A DNA stretch of 64,000 bases from Auanema rhodensis (lineage: Eukaryota > Animalia > Nematoda), in contig OZ059899.1 of NCBI GenBank assembly GCA_964057225.1, positions 3,348,001 to 3,412,000 on the forward strand. Direction: 5' to 3'. Both the position numbers and the translations under genes were made by a program. Positions 56,857 to 64,000 of the stretch are shown piece by piece. Position 1 is the first letter of the stretch. Every line of letters begins with the position of its first letter. Under the pieces are notes generated by a model, which was given only the letters and a program-made list of their open reading frames with translations, had not been told where the DNA came from and ran no database searches.

Positions 56857-59800
56857 TTTTGAAATTTTTCGAAAAAATTTTTGTCAAAATGTTTTTGGAA
56901 GCAATGTTGAGTGTACATGGAAACTCAACATACACTAATGCATCATTTTTCAAACGATCATAACTAATTTTTGTATTAAGCGTTTCTCAATGTAGTATAG
57001 TGCATTCGATGCGGATTTTTAAGCTGCGTCGATCTGTGTTATCAGATTTGCGCTAGCTTAAAAATGCACCGAGATATCAACTGATATAAGTTCACACTTA
57101 TATCCTCGATTTTCACCCTGAAGAATTAATTTTTTCGTTGAATAACATTGTCCATCGTCTTTGCCTTGAAAAATGGAATCTAAAAACATCTACTTTTTGC
57201 TAAAATATTTTGAAATTTTTCGAAAAAATTTTTGTCAAAATGTTTTTGGAAGCAATGTTGAGTGTACATGGAAACTCAACATACACTAATGCATCATTTT
57301 TCAAACGATCATAACTAATTTTTGTATTAAGCGTTTCTCAATGTAGTATAGTGCATTCGATGCGGATTTTTAAGCTGCGTCGATCTGTGTTATCAGATTT
57401 GCGCTAGCTTAAAAATGCACCGAGATATCAACTGATATAAGTTCACACTTATATCCTCGATTTTCACCCTGAAGAATTAATTTTTTCGTTGAATAACATT
57501 GTCCATCGTCTTTGCCTTGAAAAATGGAATCTAAAAACATCTACTTTTTGCTAAATTATTTTGAAATTTTTCGAAAAAATTTTTGTCAAAATGTTTTTGG
57601 AAGCAATGTTGAGTGTACATGGAAACTCAACATACACTAATGCATCATTTTTCAAACGATCATAACTAATTTTTGTATTAAGCGTTTCTCAATGTAGTAT
57701 AGTGCATTTGATGCGGATTTTTTAGCTGCGTCGATCTGTGTTATCAGATTTGCGCTAGCTTAAAAATGCACCGAGATATCAACTGATATAAGTTCACACT
57801 TATATCCTCGATTTTCACCCTGAAGAATTAATTTTTTCGTTGAATAACATTGTCCATCGTCTTTGCCTTGAAAAATGGAATCTAAAAACATCTACTTTTT
57901 GCTAAATTATCTTGAAATTTTTCGAAAAAATTTTTGTCAAAATGTGTTTGGAAGCAATGTTGAGTGTACATGGAAACTCAACATACACTAATGCATCATT
58001 TTTCAAACGATCATAACTAATTTTTGTATTGAGCGTTTCTCAATGTAGTATAGTGCATTCGATGCGGATTTTTTAGCTGCGTCGATCTGTGTTATCAGAT
58101 TTGCGCTAGCTTAAAAATGCACCGAGATATCAACTGATATAAGTTCACACTTATATCCTCGATTTTCACCCTGAAGAATTAATTTTTTCGTTGAATAACA
58201 TTGTCCATCGTCTTTGCCTTGAAAAATGGAATCTAAAAACATCTACTTTTTGCTAAATTATTTTGAAATTTTTCGAAAAAATTTTTGTCAAAATGTTTTT
58301 GGAAGCAATGTTGAGTGTACATGGAAACTCAACATACACTAATGCATCATTTTTCAAACGATCATAACTAATTTTTGTATCAAATGTTTCTCAATGTAGT
58401 ATAGTGCATTCGATGCGGATTTTTAAGCTGCGTCGATCTGTGTTATCAGATTTGCGCTAGCTTAAAAATGCACCGAGATATCAACTGATATAAGTTCACA
58501 CTTATATCCTCGATTTTCACCCTGAAGAATTAATTTTTTCGTTGAATAACATTGTCTATCGTCTTTGCCTTGAGAAATGGAATCTAAAAACATCTACTTT
58601 TCGCTAAATTATTTTGAAATTTTTCGAAAAAATTTTTGTCAAAATGTTTTTGGAAGCAATGTTGAGTGTACATGGAAACTCAACATACACTAATGCATCA
58701 TTTTTCAAACGATCATAACTAATTTTTGTATCAAGCGTTTTTCAATGTAGTATAGTGCATTCGATGCGGAGTTTTAAGCTGCGTCGATCTGTGTTATCAG
58801 ATTTGCGCTAGCTTAAAAATGCACCGAGATATCAACTGATATAAGTTCACACTTATATCCTCGATTTTCACCCTGAAGAATTAATTTTTTCGTTGAATAA
58901 CATTGTCCATCGTCTTTGCCTTGAAAAAAGGAATCTAAAAACATCTACTTTTTGCTAAATTATTTTGAAATTTTTCGAAAAAATTTTTGTCAAAATGTTT
59001 TTGGAAGCAATGTTGAGTGTACATGGAAACTCAACATACACTAATGCATCATTTTTCAAACGATCATAACTAATTTTTGTATTAAGCGTTTCTCAATGTA
59101 GTATAGTGCATTCGATGCGGATTTTTAAGCTGCGTCGATCTGTGTTATCAGATTTGCGCTAGCTTAAAAATGCACCGAGATATCAACTGATATAAGTTCA
59201 CACTTATATCCTCGATTTTCACCCTGAAGAATTAATTTTTTCGTTGAATAACATTGTCCATCGTCTTTGCCTTGAAAAATGGAATCTAAAAACATCTACT
59301 TTTTGCTAAAATATTTTGAAATTTTTCGAAAAAATTTTTGTCAAAATGTTTTTGGAAGCAATGTTGAGTGTACATGGAAACTCAACATACACTAATGCAT
59401 CATTTTTCAAACGATCATAACTAATTTTTGTATTAAGCGTTTCTCAATGTAGTATAGTGCATTTGATGCGGATTTTTTAGCTGCGTCGATCTGTGTTATC
59501 AGATTTGCGCTAGCTTAAAAATGCACCGAGATATCAACTGATATAAGTTCACACTTATATCCTCGATTTTCACCCTGAAGAATTAATTTTTTCGTTGTAT
59601 AACATTGTCCATCGTCTTTGCCTTGAAAAATGGAATCTAAAAACATCTACTTTTTGCTAAATTATCTTGAAATTTTTCGAAAAAATTTTTGTCAAAATGT
59701 GTTTGGAAGCAATGTTGAGTGTACATGGAAACTCAACATACACTAATGCATCATTTTTCAAACGATCATAACTAATTTTTGTATTGAGCGTTTCTCAATG

Positions 59801-62800
59801 TAGTATAGTGCATTCGATGCGGATTTTTTAGCTGCGTCGATCTGTGTTATCAGATTTGCGCTAGCTTAAAAATGCACCGAGATATCAACTGATATAAGTT
59901 CACACTTATATCCTCGATTTTCACCCTGAAGAATTAATTTTTTCGTTGAATAACATTGTCCATCGTCTTTGCCTTGAAAAATGGAATCTAAAAACATCTA
60001 CTTTTTGCTAAATTATTTTGAAATTTTTCGAAAAAATTTTTGTCAAAATGTTTTTGGAAGCAATGTTGAGTGTACATGGAAACTCAACATACACTAATGC
60101 ATCATTTTTCAAACGATCATAACTAATTTTTGTATTAAGCGTTTCTCAATGTAGTATAGTGCATTCGATGCGGATTTTTAAGCTGCGTCGATCTGTGTTA
60201 TCAGATTTGCGCTAGCTTAAAAATGCACCGAGATATCAACTGATATAAGTTCACACTTATATCCACGATTTTCACCCTGAAGAATTAATTTTTTCGTTGA
60301 ATAACATTGTCCATCGTCTTTGCCTTGAAAAATGGAATCTAAAAACATCTACTTTTTGCTAAATTATTTTGAAATTTTTCGAAAAAATTTTTGTCAAAAT
60401 GTTTTTGGAAGCAATGTTGAGTGTACATGGAAACTCAACATACACTAATGCATCATTTTTCAAACGATCATAACTAATTTTTGTATCAAGCGTTTTTCAA
60501 TGTAGTATAGTGCATTCGATGCGGATTTTTAAGCTGCGTCGATCTGTGTTATCAGATTTGCGCTAGCTTAAAAATGCACCGAGATATCAACTGATATAAG
60601 TTCACACTTATATCCTCGATTTTCACCCTGAAGAAATAATTTTTTCGTTGAATAACATTGTCCATCGTCTTTGCCTTGAAAAAAGGAATCTAAAAACATC
60701 TACTTTTTGCTAAATTATCTTGAAATTTTTCGAAAAAATTTTTGTCAAAATGTTTTTGGAAGCAATGTTGAGTGTACATGGAAACTCAACATACACTAAT
60801 GCATCATTTTTCAAACGATCATAACTAATTTTTGTATTAAGCGTTTCTCAATGTAGTATAGTGCATTCGATGCGGATTTTTTAGCTGCGTCGATCTGTGT
60901 TATCAGATTTGCGCTAGCTTAAAAATGCACCGAGATATCAACTGATATAAGTTCACACTTATATCCTCGATTTTCACCCTGAAGAATTAATTTTTTCGTT
61001 GAATAACATTGTCCATCGTCTTTGCCTTAAAAAATGGAATCTAAAAACATCTACTTTTTGCTAAATTATTTTGAAATTTTTCGAAAAAATTTTTGTCAAA
61101 ATGTTTTTGGAAGCAATGTTGAGTGTACATGGAAACTCAACATACACTAATGCATCATTTTTCAAACGATCATAACTAATTTTTGTATTAAGCGTTTCTC
61201 AATGTAGTATAGTGCATTTGATGCGGATTTTTTAGCTGCGTCGATCTGTGTTATCAGATTTGCGCTAGCTTAAAAATGCACCGAGATATCAACTGATATA
61301 AGTTCACACTTATATCCTCGATTTTCACCCTGAAGAATTAATTTTTTCGTTGAATAACATTGTCCATCGTCTTTGCCTTGAAAAATGGAATCTAAAAACA
61401 TCTACTTTTTGCTAAATTATTTTGAAATTTTTCGAAAAAATTTTTGTCAAAATGTGTTTGGAAGCAATGTTGAGTGTACATGGAAACTCAACATACACTA
61501 ATGCATCATTTTTCAAACGATCATAACTAATTTTTGTATTAAGCGTTTCTCAATGTAGTATAGTGCATTCGATGCGGATTTTTTAGCTGCGTCGATCTGT
61601 GTTATCAGATTTGCGCTAGCTTAAAAATGCACCGAGATATCAACTGATATAAGTTCACACTTATATCCTCGATTTTCACCCTGAAGAATTAATTTTTTCG
61701 TTGAATAACATTGTCCATCGTCTTTGCCTTGAAAAATGGAATCTAAAAACATCTACTTTTTGCTAAATTATTTTGAAATTTTTCGAAAAAATTTTTGTCA
61801 AAATGTTTTTGGAAGCAATGTTGAGTGTACATGGAAACTCAACATACACTAATGCATCATTTTTCAAACGATCATAACTAATTTTTGTATTAAGCGTTTC
61901 TCAATGTAGTATAGTGCATTCGATGCGGATTTTTTAGCTGCGTCGATCTGTGTTATCAGATTTGCGCTAGCTTAAAAATGCACCGAGATATCAACTGATA
62001 TAAGTTCACACTTATATCCTCGATTTTCACCCTGAAGAAATAATTTTTTCGTTGAATAACATTGTCCATCGTCTTTGCCTTGAAAAATGGAATCTAAAAA
62101 CATCTACTTTTTGCTAAATTATTTTGAAATTTTTCGAAAAAATTTTTGTCAAAATGTTTTTGGAAGCAATGTTGAGTGTACATGGAAACTCAACATACAC
62201 TAATGCATCATTTTTCAAACGATCATAACTAATTTTTGTATTAAGCGTTTCTCAATGTAGTATAGTGCATTCGATGCGGATTTTTTAGCTGCGTCGATCT
62301 GTGTTATCAGATTTGCGCTAGCTTAAAAATGCACCGAGATATCAACTGATATAAGTTCACACTTATATCCTCGATTTTCACCCTGAAGAATTAATTTTTT
62401 CGTTGAATAACATTGTCCATCGTCTTTGCCTTGAAAAATGGAATCTAAAAACATCTACTTTTTGCTAAATTATTTTGAAATTTTTCGAAAAAATTTTTGT
62501 CAAAATGTTTTTGGAAGCAATGTTGAGTGTACATGGAAACTCAACATACACTAATGCATCATTTTTCAAACGATCATAACTAATTTTTGTATTAAGCGTT
62601 TCTCAATGTAGTATAGTGCATTCGATGCGGATTTTTTAGCTGCGTCGATCTGTGTTATCAGATTTGCGCTAGCTTAAAAATGCACCGAGATATCAACTGA
62701 TATAAGTTCACACTTATATCCTCGATTTTCACCCTGAAGAATTAATTTTTTCGTTGAATAACATTGTCCATCGTCTTTGCCTTGAAAAATGGAATCTAAA

Positions 62801-64000
62801 AACATCTACTTTTTGCTAAATTATTTTGAAATTTTTCGAAAAAATTTTTGTCAAAATGTGTTTGGAAGCAATGTTGAGTGTACATGGAAACTCAACATAC
62901 ACTAATGCATCATTTTTCAAACGATCATAACTAATTTTTGTATTAAGCGTTTCTCAATGTAGTATAGTGCATTCGATGCGGATTTTTTAGCTGCGTCGAT
63001 CTGTGTTATCAGATTTGCGCTAGCTTAAAAATGCACCGAGATATCAACTGATATAAGTTCACACTTATATCCTCGATTTTCACCCTGAAGAATTAATTTT
63101 TTCGTTGAATAACATTGTCCATCGTCTTTGCCTTGAAAAATGAAATCTAAAAACATCTACTTTTTGCTAAATTATTTTGAAATTTTTCGAAAAAATTTTT
63201 GTCAAAATGTGTTTGGAAGCAATGTTGAGTGTACATGGAAACTCAACATACACTAATGCATCATTTTTCAAACGATCATAACTAATTTTTGTATTAAGCG
63301 TTTCTCAATGTAGTAAAGTGCATTCGATGCGGATTTCTAAGCTGCGTCGATCTGTGTTATCAGATTTGCGCTAGCTTAAAAATGCACCGAGATATCAACT
63401 TATATAAGTTCACACTTATATCCTCGATTTTCACCCTGAAGAATTAATTTTTTCGTTGAATAACATTGTCCATCGTCTTTACCTTGAAAAAAGGAATCTA
63501 AAAACATCTACTTTTTGCTAAATTATTTTGAAATTTTTCGAAAAAATTTTTGTCAAAATGTTTTTGGAAGCAATGTTGAGTGTACATGGAAACTCAACAT
63601 ACACTAATGCATCATTTTTCAAACGATCATAACTAATTTTTGTATCAAGCGTTTTTCAATGTAGTATAGTGCATTCGATGCGGATTTTTAAGCTGCGTCG
63701 ATCTGTGTTATCAGATTTGCGCTAGCTTAAAAATGCACCGAGATATCAACTGATATAAGTTCACACTTATATCCTCGATTTTCACCCTGAAGAAATAATT
63801 TTTTCGTTGAATAACATTGTCCATCGTCTTTGCCTTGAAAAAAGGAATCTAAAAACATCTACTTTTTGCTAAATTATTTTGAAATTTTTCGAAAAAATTT
63901 TTGTCAAAATGTTTTTGGAAGCAATGTTGAGTGTACATGGAAACTCAACATACACTAATGCATCATTTTTCAAACGATCATAACTAATTTTTGTATTAAG
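54400..64000. repeat. Terminal type-A domain with its own variant set
   Basis: No B monomers; variants attttttagct, catttg, tcttga, ttgagcg and gctaaaata appear only from ~57200 onward. Confidence 0.85.

Larger units (their letters stand above)
1..64000. repeat. Satellite-like tandem array, 351-bp monomer, ~182.35 copies, extends beyond both window edges
   Basis: The start motif ttttgaaatttttcgaaaaaatttttgtc recurs at 1, 352, 703 ... 18601, 25621, 44221, 51241, 58261, 63877. The register is explained by a 351-bp period with six 1-bp deletions (~2449, ~12640, ~16500, ~26345, ~35088, ~40367). No insertion, inversion or unique interruption was seen. Confidence 0.99.

Noticed and set aside
1-64000. 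Giant repetitive ORF (351 = 117 codons)
   Set aside because: Every frame has stops in each monomer: + strand tga p4, taa p80, taa p105, tag p198; - strand stops at tca p28, p69, p131 and others.
1-64000. CRISPR array or cassette/att-site array (palindromic repeats)
   Set aside because: No unique spacers or cargo; the whole unit repeats, and there are no cas or integrase genes.
1-64000. Pure assembly or concatemer artefact
   Set aside because: Hierarchically shared SNPs and indels plus chimeric monomers indicate real evolutionary structure, though exact copy numbers need read support.

Overview
The whole window is one uninterrupted head-to-tail tandem array of a 351-bp, ~31% GC, non-coding monomer: 182 complete copies plus 124 bp of a 183rd, all in the same orientation. 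The last copy starts at 63877 (1+182x351 minus six 1-bp deletions). All six frames are closed within each monomer, and I found no gene, RNA gene, transposase, CRISPR spacer or unique sequence. It looks like a highly homogenised eukaryotic satellite DNA, possibly centromeric or pericentromeric; I cannot name the family or organism. Two things stand out. First, the monomer is largely built of dyad symmetries, and two variant pairs fall at exactly base-paired positions. Second, variants reveal two haplotype classes (A/B) arranged in domains, a near-identical duplication at 32,639 bp offset, and nested 3-, 6-, 7-, 11- and 13/15-monomer duplications with chimeric junction monomers. I do not see a novel protein-coding system. 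Variant calls were made by eye, so rare SNPs may be missed. mN = monomer number; pN = position within the monomer.
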